DNA of 64,000 nucleotides from a bacterium (lineage in GTDB: Bacteria; Bacteroidota; Ignavibacteria; UBA10030), in the NCBI GenBank assembly GCA_043803945.1, contig JAZDJN010000042.1, positions 42,821 through 106,820 of the forward strand. The letters run 5' to 3'. Below are positions 1 through 10,947 of the stretch, piece after piece. The notes below the pieces were generated by a model that was not told the origin of the DNA, ran no database searches, and saw only the letters and a program-made list of their open reading frames with translations. The first letter of the stretch is position 1, and the number at the start of each line of letters is the position of its first letter. The translations under genes were made by a program, and so were the position numbers.

Positions 1-5
1 CACAG

Positions 6-1118
6 GTGATGGCTGCAACGCCTAGTATTGTTTATGTCTTCGATTTGATCGAAGGAAAAATTGTCTACGCCAATAAATCCATCGCCGAGCTTCTGGGGTA
101 CTCTCTCGAAGAACTTATGGCTGGTCGCGGATCCATGTGGATTCAAGTGATCCATCCCGATGATAAACAAAGTGCTGAAGCTGTTGAAAAGCAATGGGAA
201 ATTGCCACAGATGAAGATCTCTTCAGTATGGAATATCGGGTCCGTACCAAGGATGGTGATTGGCGCTGGATTCTCGGCCGGGAGAAAGTATTGAAGCGCA
301 CAGGTGAAGGCCGCGTGCACCAAATAATAGGCCTGGCAACGGATTTTACTGATCGGAGAAAAGCTGAGGAGGAAATCCGGCGATTGAATACAGAACTCGA
401 ACAGCGTGTTCGCGATCGAACGGTCCAACTGGAATCTACCAATAAGGAATTGGAAGCCTTCAGCTATTCGGTCTCCCATGACCTTCGCGCTCCGCTCCGG
501 CATGTATCGGGTTTTGTCGACCTCCTCCGGGATCATACCAAAGACACCCTGGATGCACAGAGCACCAGATTCATCAATACCATCGCAAAATCTGCGGTGC
601 AGATGGGAACACTGATTGATGACCTCCTGGCATTCTCGCGCATTGGGCGTGCAGAGCTCCGGACGGCGCGTATCGCAACAGCGCTTATTGTTGAAGACGT
701 ATTGAAGGAGCTTGAGCATGAGACGCGGGATCGCTCAATTCTCTGGACTGTCGGCCAATTGCCTGAAGTCCGGGCTGATCATACATTGATCAAACTTGTG
801 TTTTCGAATCTCATTTCAAATGCACTGAAATTCACACGGAAGATAGAAGAGGCCCATATAGAGATCGGATGCCTCACCACCGAAGAACAGTCACAGGAAT
901 ACATCTTCTTCGTACGAGACAACGGTGCGGGTTTCGAAATGAAATATGTCGATAAGTTATTTGGCGTTTTTCAACGGCTTCATACAGTGGAAGAATTCGA
1001 AGGAACGGGAATTGGACTGGCAAATGTCCGTCGGATTGTTCATCGGCATGGTGGGAAATCCTGGGCTGAGGGAATCCTCGATGGCGGTGCGACATTTTTC
1101 TTTTCGATTCCCCGATAA
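6..1118 (+). CDS. PAS/PAC sensor histidine kinase (Cph1/bacteriophytochrome-type kinase core); N-terminus probably outside the window
   Basis: PAS_3/PAC (IHPDD...EYRVRTKDGDWRWI), H-box FSYSVSHDLRAPLRH, N-box NLISNALKF, G-boxes DNGAGF and EGTGIGL. Confidence 0.9.
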   Translation: MMAATPSIVYVFDLIEGKIVYANKSIAELLGYSLEELMAGRGSMWIQVIHPDDKQSAEAVEKQWEIATDEDLFSMEYRVRTKDGDWRWILGREKVLKRTGEGRVHQIIGLATDFTDRRKAEEEIRRLNTELEQRVRDRTVQLESTNKELEAFSYSVSHDLRAPLRHVSGFVDLLRDHTKDTLDAQSTRFINTIAKSAVQMGTLIDDLLAFSRIGRAELRTARIATALIVEDVLKELEHETRDRSILWTVGQLPEVRADHTLIKLVFSNLISNALKFTRKIEEAHIEIGCLTTEEQSQEYIFFVRDNGAGFEMKYVDKLFGVFQRLHTVEEFEGTGIGLANVRRIVHRHGGKSWAEGILDGGATFFFSIPR

Positions 1119-1176
1119 CTAATCACCAAGGATTTGTAGAACCGGCAATGCATAGTAGGGAAGTGATGAGTGAGAA

Positions 1177-2937
1177 ATGAATGAGTGGCTAAAACAAATT
1201 CTGATTCCGCCCAGCATCGAACGACCGGACGAAATTCGGCGAGCGAAAGGAATCTATCTTGTCACGTCTGCCTTGGGAATCGGGCTCATCGTTATATTCC
1301 TTCATCATTTGATCGTCAATCCCAATTGGAATGCGCTCTGGCCTCTCTTGGTGGAGCTCTTCGTTGTTCTCTTCAGTATAAGTTTTGTACGCAGAGGATC
1401 CTATGATCTTTCCCTTGGTATCCTTGTGTACAGCTTGCTCCTGGTTGCCAGTGCACTGATTTATTTCGGCGGTACCGGTATTCACGATATGGCAATACTG
1501 ATTTTTCCGGCAACGATTGTCGCGGCAAGTCTTTTATTGAATAGAAAATTCATCATCGTTTTTTCTATAATCTCCGTCCTGCTGGCCGGAATCCTCGTGA
1601 TGGCAGAGATCAATGGATGGATACCCCTCAAATTAACAATAAAGACCTCCATCCAGGATCTCATTGATGTTGTCATTATTATCACCCTGACAGCCGTTGC
1701 TGTTATTATTCTCACAGACGATTTACGGAAGAATCTCACTGCAGCCCGCCTGAAAGAAGAAGAACTGTCACTGCTTAATGCAGAACTTGAATGGAAAGCC
1801 GGGCTCTTGCGAGAAAGCGAGGCGCGCTATCGATACGTCATTGAGAGTGCATCCGATCCGATTCTCCTGGTTGGTATTAATGGCCGATATGAATATACAA
1901 ACGAGGCAGCGCTCAAGCTCTTTGGATATTCGCAGAGTGTTTTCCTCACAATGCAGTATCTCGACATGGTCCCCGCCATTCACAAGCGCCGGGCGCAGTA
2001 TCACTTTATCCGTCAATATTGTAAGAAGGAATCCACCGCCTACTTCGAATGCCCGTTCAGGGGCCAATCGGGGAAGATACTCTGGCTCGGCATCAGGACA
2101 TCGCTGGTGTGGCAGGGCGATACGATTATAGGATTCCATGTGATTGCACGTGATATCAACGATCGAAGGAGGATCGAGGAGGAACTTCGAAGCTTGAATC
2201 TTGAATTGGAGGACCGGGTGCGTGAACGAACTGCTCAGCTCGAGGCAGCAACCAAAGAGCTTGAAACAATCAGTTATACCGTCTCGCATGACATGCGGGC
2301 CCCTTTGCGGCACATTGTCGCCTATGTTGAACTTGTGCAGGATCAGGCCAGGCTGGCCCTCGATGATGTCAGTGCACGATATTTGACGACGATCGGTTTT
2401 TCTGCAAAGTGGATGGGGATGCTCGTCGATGCATTGTTGGGATTCTTGCGAATCACCAGTGCCGAAATGAAGAAGACCAATTTGAATGTGAATGAACTCA
2501 TCGGGGAAATTCAGAACGAACTTCAGCCCGAATTCGTTGGCCGTAAACTTGAGTGGCATATTGGAATGATCCCTCCAGTGATGGCAGACCGTTCGCTGTT
2601 TAAGCTTGTCCTGTTCAATCTCATATCGAATGCACTTAAGTTTTCACGGAAAAGGGAACACGCAAGGATTGAAATTGGATATCAGGAACAAGAGGGTGAT
2701 TCGGATGTAAAAGTTATTTATATCCGGGATAATGGTATTGGTTTTGATATGAAGTATGCGGAAAAGATTTTTGGCATCTTCCAGCGATTGCACAGCCAGG
2801 GTGATTATGAAGGGACCGGAATCGGTTTAGCCAAGTCACGGCGCATTATGCAGCGTCATAATGGCAGCATCTGGGCTAAAGGATCGCTGGAGGAAGGTGC
2901 GACGTTCTTTCTCGCTCTTCCGATAGAGGAGAGTTAA
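1177..2937 (+). CDS. Membrane-bound PAS sensor histidine kinase
   Basis: About 6 hydrophobic N-terminal helices, PAS, H-box SYTVSHDMRAPLRH, NLISNALKF, DNGIGF, EGTGIGL. Confidence 0.9.
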   Translation: MNEWLKQILIPPSIERPDEIRRAKGIYLVTSALGIGLIVIFLHHLIVNPNWNALWPLLVELFVVLFSISFVRRGSYDLSLGILVYSLLLVASALIYFGGTGIHDMAILIFPATIVAASLLLNRKFIIVFSIISVLLAGILVMAEINGWIPLKLTIKTSIQDLIDVVIIITLTAVAVIILTDDLRKNLTAARLKEEELSLLNAELEWKAGLLRESEARYRYVIESASDPILLVGINGRYEYTNEAALKLFGYSQSVFLTMQYLDMVPAIHKRRAQYHFIRQYCKKESTAYFECPFRGQSGKILWLGIRTSLVWQGDTIIGFHVIARDINDRRRIEEELRSLNLELEDRVRERTAQLEAATKELETISYTVSHDMRAPLRHIVAYVELVQDQARLALDDVSARYLTTIGFSAKWMGMLVDALLGFLRITSAEMKKTNLNVNELIGEIQNELQPEFVGRKLEWHIGMIPPVMADRSLFKLVLFNLISNALKFSRKREHARIEIGYQEQEGDSDVKVIYIRDNGIGFDMKYAEKIFGIFQRLHSQGDYEGTGIGLAKSRRIMQRHNGSIWAKGSLEEGATFFLALPIEES

Positions 2938-2997
2938 GAAGACAGCAGTTGAAGTGAGTGATCGCCTGGATTGAGTACTTGATGAGGGAACCAAAGT

Positions 2998-5853
2998 ATG
3001 AGTGCGGGTGGAGGAGTAACTGAGTCGGTGAAGCGGAAAATCGTGTTTCAGAACATAGCGGACAAGCTGCTGGGGTCACCCCGGCTCAGAGAATATGAGA
3101 CAACTGATGTGAAATCAAGATTACTCGCCGTCATCCTCCTGATCATGATTCTGGGTTTTGGTATCTATGATGTCAGAGGGTATCTCACCCAAGAAAATTA
3201 TCAGGCCCCTTGGTATGGCTATCTCTTTCTCCTGACAGCATTTGTTATCAACCGATTCTGGTCAAATAGAGTTGCAGCTCTCCTGACCATGTTGATGTTC
3301 CCCAGTGTATTATTTTTCGGCCTCGTCACCCTTCCACAAACGATCACACTCTATTCGCTCCACTATCTGCTCGTCAGCATAATACTGGGAAGTATCCTGC
3401 TGCGGTGGAGAGAATTGCTCCTCTATATGATACTAATTCTGGCTGGGATCGGCCTCTTACCGTCTCTCTTCCCGGCAGTTATACCGGATGTGAATGCCAT
3501 TGTTGAACTCCTGGTGTTCAATGCCATGGGGGGATTATTGGTGCTTCTCAAGATGCACCTCCGTGATCGTGGAGAGCAGCGGCGTCAGGAACAGATTACG
3601 GAAAGCGAGAAACGCTTCCATACGATTTTTGATTCGGTGAATGATGCCATCGTTGTCCATCATCCGCAGAGTGGTGCAATACTCGAAGTGAATCAGAAAA
3701 TGTGTGAAATGTATGGGTTAACGCATGAAGAGGCTCTCAAGAGCAGCGTTGGAGACATTAGTTCGGGGGAATCTCCTTATACCCAGGACGATGCAATACA
3801 GTCTTTGCAGCGGGCAATGAAGGGCGAACCGCAAGTGTTCGAATGGCATGCAAAAGGTAAGAGCGGCCGTCTTTTTTGGGTTGAAGTGAATATGCAAAAA
3901 GCAGTGATTGATCATGAAGATCGAATTCTTGTCACTGTCCGGGATACCTCAGATCGGAAACAGATTCAAGAACAGTTGCGGATCCTCTCACAGGCAGTAG
4001 AACAAAGTCAGGTTTCGGTTGTTATCACCGATCAGAGGGGAGATGTTGAATATGTGAATTCAAAATTTTGCCAGATCACAGGATACTCGAGGGAAGAAGT
4101 AAAAGGGCAGAATCCGCGAGTTCTGAAATCGGGACATACTCCCGATATGGAATATAAACGACTATGGGAGACACTTAGTGCCGGTAATGTTTGGCGCGGC
4201 GAGTTTCACAACAAGAAGAAAAACGGTGAACTGTTTTGGGAGTCTGCCTCAATTTCGCCCGTGAAAGACTATGCAGGGAGAATAACACACTACCTTGCGG
4301 TGAAAGAGGATATTACTGAGAAAAAGAAGATAGAAGAGGCGCTGGCACAGGAGCGATATTTCGTAGAAGCACTTATGAATAATTTGCCCGATCTCATCTA
4401 TTTCAAAGATCATGAAAGCAGGTTTGTGGCAGTCAGCCGGTCCTTTATGCGCCTGCTTGGTCTCTCCAATCCGTCGCACATCATCGGCAGAACTGATTTC
4501 GATATTTTTGCACAAGAACATGCGCGGCCGGCGTTTGAGGATGAGCAACAAATCATGGCCACCGGCATCCCGATCATAAGCAAGGAGGAGAAAGAGGTTT
4601 GGACCGATGGAAAAGTCACATGGGCACTCACAACGAAAATGCCCTGGCGATCGCCCGACGGAAAAATTATCGGTACGTTTGGCATCTCTCGTGATATTAC
4701 CCTGCGGAAGAAGTATGAGGAGGCAAATCAAGAGAGCGAAGAACGGCTCAAAATTACTTTTGAACAGGCCGCTGTTGGCATTGCTCATGTGGAGACGACT
4801 GGTAAATTCATGCGCGTGAACCAGAGATTTTGCGATATCCTCGGCTATACGAAAGACGAGTTGCTCAACCTCTCATTTCAGGCAATCACACATCCGGAAC
4901 ATCTTGCAGTCGATATTCACGATGCCCGCGAACTATTCGAGGGTAAAATCGAGAACTATACCAAGGAGAAGCGGTATCTCCGAAAAGATGGAACGCCCGT
5001 GTGGACGAACCTTACCGTTGCTCTTGTGAGAGATACTCAGGGCAAACCGAAATACTCGATCAGTGTCATCGAGGATATCTCGGCCCGTAAGCAGGTGGAA
5101 GAACAGATCCGGAAGTTGAATGAAGAACTCGAAGAGCGGGTCGAAGAACGTACCGCCGAGCTTCAGGCAGCAAACAAAGAATTGGAATCATTCAGCTACT
5201 CCGTTTCCCACGACCTTCGCGCACCTCTTCGTCATATCTCGGGGTACGTTGAGCTCTTGAAGGAGCGGATCATCTCGTCACTGGATGAACAAAGCCTTCG
5301 CTATCTTGCAACAGTCGAACAAGCCGCTATCCGGTTGGGAACACTGATCGACCAGTTGCTGATGTTTTCGCGTGTGGGTCGGGCAGAGATCCGAAAAATG
5401 AGTGTGGATATTGGGGAAATGGTAAATGAGATTCGGCTGGAACTCGCTGAAGAGCATAAGGATAGGACGGTAAGCTGGACTATCAACCCTGTTCCTGCTG
5501 TCGAGGCCGATCCGATGCTCATACGACAGGTCCTCACAAATCTCCTCTCAAATGCCTTGAAATTCACTCAAAAGAGTGATTACGCAAGAATCGAATTTGG
5601 TTGTTCTGAAGGAGACATTGATTCGAACGAAATCATATTCTTTGTAAAAGATAATGGTGCCGGTTTTGATATGAAATATGTCGGGAAACTCTTTGGAGTC
5701 TTTCAGCGATTGCACGCACCTGACGAGTTTGAAGGAACAGGAATCGGATTGGCAAATGTCAGGAGAATTATCCAGAAACATGGCGGCCGAACCTGGGCTG
5801 AGGGTGTTGTGGATGGGGGAGCAATTTTCTATTTTACATTAAGCAAATCATAA
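2998..5853 (+). CDS. Membrane-bound multi-PAS (4 PAS) sensor histidine kinase
   Basis: N-terminal TM region, four PAS/PAC units each ending in DIT/DTS/DIS motifs, H-box FSYSVSHDLRAPLRH, HATPase boxes. Confidence 0.9.
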   Translation: MSAGGGVTESVKRKIVFQNIADKLLGSPRLREYETTDVKSRLLAVILLIMILGFGIYDVRGYLTQENYQAPWYGYLFLLTAFVINRFWSNRVAALLTMLMFPSVLFFGLVTLPQTITLYSLHYLLVSIILGSILLRWRELLLYMILILAGIGLLPSLFPAVIPDVNAIVELLVFNAMGGLLVLLKMHLRDRGEQRRQEQITESEKRFHTIFDSVNDAIVVHHPQSGAILEVNQKMCEMYGLTHEEALKSSVGDISSGESPYTQDDAIQSLQRAMKGEPQVFEWHAKGKSGRLFWVEVNMQKAVIDHEDRILVTVRDTSDRKQIQEQLRILSQAVEQSQVSVVITDQRGDVEYVNSKFCQITGYSREEVKGQNPRVLKSGHTPDMEYKRLWETLSAGNVWRGEFHNKKKNGELFWESASISPVKDYAGRITHYLAVKEDITEKKKIEEALAQERYFVEALMNNLPDLIYFKDHESRFVAVSRSFMRLLGLSNPSHIIGRTDFDIFAQEHARPAFEDEQQIMATGIPIISKEEKEVWTDGKVTWALTTKMPWRSPDGKIIGTFGISRDITLRKKYEEANQESEERLKITFEQAAVGIAHVETTGKFMRVNQRFCDILGYTKDELLNLSFQAITHPEHLAVDIHDARELFEGKIENYTKEKRYLRKDGTPVWTNLTVALVRDTQGKPKYSISVIEDISARKQVEEQIRKLNEELEERVEERTAELQAANKELESFSYSVSHDLRAPLRHISGYVELLKERIISSLDEQSLRYLATVEQAAIRLGTLIDQLLMFSRVGRAEIRKMSVDIGEMVNEIRLELAEEHKDRTVSWTINPVPAVEADPMLIRQVLTNLLSNALKFTQKSDYARIEFGCSEGDIDSNEIIFFVKDNGAGFDMKYVGKLFGVFQRLHAPDEFEGTGIGLANVRRIIQKHGGRTWAEGVVDGGAIFYFTLSKS

Positions 5854-5868
5854 ATAGGAGCCTCTTCG

Positions 5869-6330
5869 ATGACGACTTTAAAAACGATTTTACTTGCGGA
5901 AGACGATCCACGGGATCAAGAGCTGACGCTTGCTGTGTTGGGTCAGCAGAATCTTGTGAATGAAGTGGCGGTCGCCAATGATGGAGAGGAGGCTCTTGAT
6001 TATCTTTATCGGCGGGGAAAATTCTCAGCTCGTCAGGAGGGGAATCCGGCAGTTGTCGTGCTTGATCTGAAAATGCCTAAAGTCGATGGACTTGAGGTCC
6101 TGAAACAAATTCGGTCCGATCCTCAGTTGAAAACGTTACCGGTCGTCATCCTGAGCTCCTCGCGGGAGGAAGGTGATTTACGGAATACCTATGATCTGGG
6201 AGTCAATGCGTACGTTGTCAAACCGGTCGACTTTCGAGAGTTCTCCAATAAAGTGAAACAGCTTGGGTTGTTCTGGGCGACAACCAATGAACCGCCTCCG
6301 GCATCGACCAAATCTCGCTCTAGAGTTTAA
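5869..6330 (+). CDS. Single-domain response regulator (Rcp1-like)
   Basis: ILLAEDD, LDLKMPKVDG phosphoacceptor, YDLGVNAYVVKP and FW motif typical of Rcp1/CpxR-like partners of Cph1-type kinases; GGAG RBS. Confidence 0.9.
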   Translation: MTTLKTILLAEDDPRDQELTLAVLGQQNLVNEVAVANDGEEALDYLYRRGKFSARQEGNPAVVVLDLKMPKVDGLEVLKQIRSDPQLKTLPVVILSSSREEGDLRNTYDLGVNAYVVKPVDFREFSNKVKQLGLFWATTNEPPPASTKSRSRV

Positions 6331-6346
6331 CCTCCACATGGTGGCT

Positions 6347-8170
6347 ATGAATACGCCTCTGCGTATACTTTCCCTTGAAGATGATGAAGATGATTATGAA
6401 CTGATCTGTGCCACTCTACTGAAGGAAGGCATCGACTGTGAAATTGTTCGTGTTAGTAATCGTCAGGATTTTCTAGCGGCGGTTTGGAGCAAGTCGTTTG
6501 AAATTATTCTAGCAGACCATTCTTTACCCGGCTTCGATGGGATTGCAGCGTTGGATATTGCGCGCGAACATTGTCCCGATGTTCCGTTCATCTTTGTCTC
6601 CGGTGTTCTGGGAGAAGAACTCGCCATCGAAACTCTCCGAAGTGGTGCCACAGATTATGTTTTAAAAACACGACTCTCCCGCTTGGGTTTTGCGGTAAAA
6701 CGGGCTCTTCGGGAAACTGAAGACCGGGTAGAACGAAAAATTGCTGAGGATGCCTATCGTGCAGTGGTTGAAAACTCGATCCAGGGATTGGTCATTTTTC
6801 AGGAAGGTCGGATAGTCTTCGCCAATCCGGCGATGGAAACGATCAGCGGTTGCCGCCTGGAAGAGTTATTCTCCTTCACCCCCCGTCAGGTATGGGAAAG
6901 AATTCATCCCGAGGATCGGCGCCTGATCAGGCAGAAGATGAATGGCAAATGGCAGGATGCCCCACTAGAACCTGGCTTTGGGGTACGTTTTTTCCGTAAA
7001 GATAAAACCATTTGCTGGCTCTCAATTTTTGCCAGCACCATCGAATATCGCGGCCAGCCAGCCCTTCAGTCGGCATGCGTCGATATCACAGAACGTAAGC
7101 TGGCAGAAGAAGCTCTCCGGGAGAGTGAGGAGCGCTATCGATTACTGGTTGAGAATTCGACAGATCTCGTTGCAGAGTTGAGTCCGGCGGGTAAATTCCT
7201 GTACGTGAGTCCGAATTATCGTTCAATTCTTGGGTATGAACAAACGGCGTTGATTCAGACCGATGTACTCGCAAATGTCTATGGGCGTGAACAATCCTTC
7301 GTACGATCGTCGTTCTATCAAGAAAAGGTTCCGGTTATTGGACCGTACCGATATCGGCACGCTGACGGCTCGTGGCATTGGCTGGAATCTTCAAGCCAAC
7401 GCTATAATACTTCCTCAGGAGAGGAGCGGATAGTCATGGTTTCTCGTGACGTGACTCAGAAAAAAATAGCCGATGAAGAATTGGTAGAGTCACGAAAACA
7501 GCTTCAACGTTTTTCGGAACACCTTGAGAATACGCTCGATGAAGAGAGGAAACGAATTTCCCGTGAGATCCATGACGAGCTTGGCCAGCTCTTAACCATC
7601 TTGAAGTTTGATATTAGTTGGCTTAAATTGAACCTGTCTGAAAAGAATCCTGTTCTGGCTGAAAAAATCGATTCCATGTTGGAGGCAGTGGGACAGGCAC
7701 TGGGTTCGGTCAAGCGAATTTCAAAGGAGATCCGGCCGCCGCAACTGGAGGTGCTCGGTTTATGCGGGGCGATTCAGTGGGACCTCAGCCAATTTTCTGC
7801 GAAGGTGGGAATTCGCTCGACGATCCGCATCAGCCCTTCGGAATTTACACTCGATAAAGATCGGAATATGGTCGTCTATCGGGTCTTCCATGAAGCATTG
7901 ACAAATGTGATTCGTCATGCACAAGCGTCGTCAATTAATGTTGAACTCGATCGAAAGTCGGACTCGGTTGTTCTCAGAGTGCAAGATGACGGTCGGGGTA
8001 TTTCTAAAAAAGAATTGCAAGGAACGATTTCCCTTGGCCTGGTTGGGATGCGTGAGCGAATTCGACCGTGGAACGGAACGCTGACCATCGCTGGGAAACG
8101 AGGAAAAGGAACACTCGTTGTTATGCAAATACCCGTTGATGAAATCAACAAGGAAGGAACTCCACCATGA
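6347..8170 (+). CDS. REC-PAS-PAS-HisKA_3 (NarX/UhpB-type) histidine kinase
   Basis: N-terminal receiver (LEDD...ADHSLP), two PAS, ERKRISREIHDELGQ H-box, EALTNVIRHA, DDGRG, GLVGMRER. Start moved from 6263 to ATG 6338/6347. Confidence 0.88.
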   Translation: MNTPLRILSLEDDEDDYELICATLLKEGIDCEIVRVSNRQDFLAAVWSKSFEIILADHSLPGFDGIAALDIAREHCPDVPFIFVSGVLGEELAIETLRSGATDYVLKTRLSRLGFAVKRALRETEDRVERKIAEDAYRAVVENSIQGLVIFQEGRIVFANPAMETISGCRLEELFSFTPRQVWERIHPEDRRLIRQKMNGKWQDAPLEPGFGVRFFRKDKTICWLSIFASTIEYRGQPALQSACVDITERKLAEEALRESEERYRLLVENSTDLVAELSPAGKFLYVSPNYRSILGYEQTALIQTDVLANVYGREQSFVRSSFYQEKVPVIGPYRYRHADGSWHWLESSSQRYNTSSGEERIVMVSRDVTQKKIADEELVESRKQLQRFSEHLENTLDEERKRISREIHDELGQLLTILKFDISWLKLNLSEKNPVLAEKIDSMLEAVGQALGSVKRISKEIRPPQLEVLGLCGAIQWDLSQFSAKVGIRSTIRISPSEFTLDKDRNMVVYRVFHEALTNVIRHAQASSINVELDRKSDSVVLRVQDDGRGISKKELQGTISLGLVGMRERIRPWNGTLTIAGKRGKGTLVVMQIPVDEINKEGTPP

Positions 8171-8799
8171 TTCGTGTCCTGATCGCCGATGATCACCCGG
8201 TTGTACGCAAAGGCTTGAAAACCATTCTGAAAGACGCGACGGACATCAAAATCGAGGGAGAAGCTGCCGATGGACTCGAAGTGATGGATAAGGTCCGCAC
8301 GGAAGATTATGATGTCATTGTTATGGATATTACAATGCCAAGACTCGATGGCATTGAAACCATCGCACGCATCAAGGCAGAACGTCCAGAGGTCGCAATA
8401 CTCGTACTCAGCATGAATCCTGAAGAGGTATTTGGGATGAGGGCGTTGAAACTTGGTGCCTCGGGCTATCTTTCCAAAGACAGTGCCCCTGAGCAACTCA
8501 TCGGCGCGATTCGCCGAGTTGCCTCTGGCCGGGTCTTCATTTCCCCCGAACTAGCTGAATCTGTGGCGATGAGTGTGAGCAAAGGCTCGCCGAAACTGCC
8601 TCATGAATTGCTTTCGGATCGCGAATACCAAATTATGCTCATGCTGGCAAAGGGAAAAGCGCTCAAAGAAATTGCTTCAGAGTTGTCCTTGAGCGTAAAA
8701 ACGGTAAGCACGCATCGGTCGCATATTCTAGCAAAGCTGAATATGGTAAATAACGCCCAAATCGTTACGTACGTCCTGCAAAACAGGCTCATCTCATGA
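8167..8799 (+). CDS. NarL/UvrY(GacA)-family DNA-binding response regulator
   Basis: IADDHPVVRKG, MDITMP, LuxR HTH LSDREYQIMLMLAKG...LSLSVKTVSTHR; ATGA overlap with the kinase. Confidence 0.92.
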   Translation: MIRVLIADDHPVVRKGLKTILKDATDIKIEGEAADGLEVMDKVRTEDYDVIVMDITMPRLDGIETIARIKAERPEVAILVLSMNPEEVFGMRALKLGASGYLSKDSAPEQLIGAIRRVASGRVFISPELAESVAMSVSKGSPKLPHELLSDREYQIMLMLAKGKALKEIASELSLSVKTVSTHRSHILAKLNMVNNAQIVTYVLQNRLIS

Positions 8800-8836
8800 A
8801 GGTGTAGGAGACTACCAGAGGGTGATGCTAAGAGGC

Positions 8837-8854
8837 TATAGGAATATTCTTATA
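8837..8854. promoter_or_regulatory. 18-bp palindromic operator TATAGG-N6-CTTATA (GacA/UvrY-box-like)
   Basis: CTATAGGAATATTCTTATAG is a near-perfect palindrome with the same geometry as TGTAAG-N6-CTTACA; it recurs at 8977 and 18410. Confidence 0.55.
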
Positions 8855-8976
8855 GTCAAATCATCATTTCCCCTCTTGATCTCTCCAAAATACCCGCGAG
8901 AGCTTGATTCTATCCCATTCCTCCCATGTAAATACTTCGTGCTGCCTGCCCATCTATGCTACCTTGCCTGAGGTGG

Positions 8977-9017
8977 AATAGGAAAGTTCTGATACAAAAT
9001 TCAAGCGTCTACCGATT
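8977..9017 (+). promoter_or_regulatory. Operator copy AATAGG-N6-CTGATA plus downstream TCAAG..CCGATT element upstream of the MCP operon
   Basis: Matches 18410-18450 with identical spacing (CCGATT at +35 to +40 from the box start). Confidence 0.55.
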
Positions 9018-9130
9018 TTATTCAGATTTGTAAAACACGAAATTGCATACGAAAAATCTCAGGATTTCTCATCCAGCAAGCGAGCATTAGTAGCTCACAG
9101 AACAATTGGGAAAACAGGTGGATCGCTGCT

Positions 9131-10924
9131 ATGGACCATAAGAACATTCTATTTCGTTGGTTCTACAACATGAAAATTAAGACAAAGTTAATCGTGAGCA
9201 TCACCATCGGATCGATCTTCGGAGGTGCCATTGGGGCAATCGGCTTATTCTTTATTTCGCACCTGCGATCGGACCTGGAGACACTCAATCAGCAACAACT
9301 GCAACGGATGACTCAACTCTATCAGGTTACGATTAGCATTCAGGAATATCGGACGGAGATGGGACAGTTGATCTATGCGAAGACTCCTGAGGACCGAATC
9401 CAGGTTGAGGAACATGTAAAAAATCGAGCAGTTCAATTCAGTAAAGTACTGAAGAGCATTGAAGAGGCCACAAACTCAGAAAAGGAGAGAGGCCTCATCG
9501 CCAGTATCAAAGCGCAAGGTGATCAGATGAGACAGCACTTCCAGAGTCTTGTTGATCTTCCTCAGGCGAATCGGGTAAAAGGAATGAATTCGATAATGAC
9601 CGGTCCGATGGATGCAACATCCATCGCGATAAATCAATCACTCGATCAATTACTCGAGATGTATCGCCTCTCACTAAAAACTGTAACGGCGGAAAGTACG
9701 AACGCTGCACAAAGAGCTGAATTGATTCTTACGCTTGTTCTATCCTTAGCTGTCTTATCGGGACTGATCTGGGCCTTCATCCTGGCAGGTATGGTTACAA
9801 AGCCCATCCACCGTCTTGTGAAGCAAATTGAAGAGGCTGACCTGAATCTCAATTTAAATTCACGCCGCAACGATGAAATAGGTCGGCTTATGCGTGCATT
9901 CGATGGATTCGTTCGGAAAATTCGAGTAACGATTACTGGTGTGGCAGAGATCACCGATGCTGTCACAAATATCTCTGCAGAACTCTCGGCCAGTACGATC
10001 TCGATGGCTTCGGGAGCTGAAGAACAAAGTACCCAGGCTACGGATGTCTCAGCATCGGTTGAGCAAATGAGTAAGACCATCCTCGAGAATTCGCGCAACG
10101 CCAATGTTACCGTAGAGACAGCAACGACCGCCAAGAAAGCAGCAGAGGAAGGCGGGCTTGTTGTTGAAGAAAGTATTATCGCAATGAAACGGATTGCGGT
10201 GGTTGTAAAGCAGTCGGCGGAAACGGTTCGGGCGTTAGGGAAATCAAGCGATCAGATCGGAGCGATTGTCTCTGTTATTGATGACATTGCGGATCAAACA
10301 AACCTGCTGGCATTGAATGCCGCTATTGAAGCTGCCCGTGCCGGTGAACAGGGGCGTGGCTTCGCCGTCGTTGCAGATGAAGTGCGGAAACTTGCCGAGC
10401 GTACGACAAAGGCAACAAAAGAGATAGCAGAGATGATCAGGAAGATCCAAAAGGATACATCTGAGGCGGTTCATTCGATGGAACAAGGAACGAAAGAAGT
10501 GGATCAAGGAATCAAACTTGTCGATGCGGCCGGTACCTCGTTGCGCACCATTATGGATGTATCGCACCAGGTGACGGAAATGGTGGTGCATATCGCTTCT
10601 GCAAGTGAAGAACAAGCTCACGCCAGCGAATCGATTGCCAAGAGTGTTGAACAAATCAGTGTGGTAACACAGGAGAGTGCCGGCGGGATACAGCAAATTT
10701 CGCGTGCAACAGAAGATTTGGATAAACTAATTGAGTCGCTGAGACAGTTAATGAGTAATTTTAAAATTACTTCAGCACCGGAAAGCCTTGAATCGGCACA
10801 TTCCGAAATTCCAGTCGCAGCACGGAACCGCTACAGCGGTGATACAATGGATCGCAAGAGCAGTGGATCCTGGCGACCGAGCCAAAAACAGGCAGAGCAA
10901 CATCCTGTCCAACATCACGTTTAG
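9131..10924 (+). CDS. Methyl-accepting chemotaxis protein (TM-4HB-TM-HAMP-MA)
   Basis: Two TMs flanking a four-helix sensor, HAMP (RNDEIGRL), hairpin [38 protein letters not shown]. Confidence 0.95.
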   Translation: MDHKNILFRWFYNMKIKTKLIVSITIGSIFGGAIGAIGLFFISHLRSDLETLNQQQLQRMTQLYQVTISIQEYRTEMGQLIYAKTPEDRIQVEEHVKNRAVQFSKVLKSIEEATNSEKERGLIASIKAQGDQMRQHFQSLVDLPQANRVKGMNSIMTGPMDATSIAINQSLDQLLEMYRLSLKTVTAESTNAAQRAELILTLVLSLAVLSGLIWAFILAGMVTKPIHRLVKQIEEADLNLNLNSRRNDEIGRLMRAFDGFVRKIRVTITGVAEITDAVTNISAELSASTISMASGAEEQSTQATDVSASVEQMSKTILENSRNANVTVETATTAKKAAEEGGLVVEESIIAMKRIAVVVKQSAETVRALGKSSDQIGAIVSVIDDIADQTNLLALNAAIEAARAGEQGRGFAVVADEVRKLAERTTKATKEIAEMIRKIQKDTSEAVHSMEQGTKEVDQGIKLVDAAGTSLRTIMDVSHQVTEMVVHIASASEEQAHASESIAKSVEQISVVTQESAGGIQQISRATEDLDKLIESLRQLMSNFKITSAPESLESAHSEIPVAARNRYSGDTMDRKSSGSWRPSQKQAEQHPVQHHV

Positions 10925-10947
10925 GAGAATTGTAAGGAGATTCCAAT

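Noticed and set aside
1768-2559. Long antisense ORFs (also 13992-14615, 27581-28396, 52096-52707, 7915-8496 and others)
   Set aside because: They are shadows of well-supported genes on the opposite strand, with no recognisable motifs.
6-5853. Bacteriophytochrome photoreceptors
   Set aside because: Only the kinase cores are Cph1-like. No GAF-PHY chromophore module is visible, although the first gene's N-terminus is outside the window.
9001-9019. Sigma-28 promoter (TCAAG...CCGAT), also at 18434-18451
   Set aside because: The spacing between the elements is only about 5-6 nt, far shorter than required.
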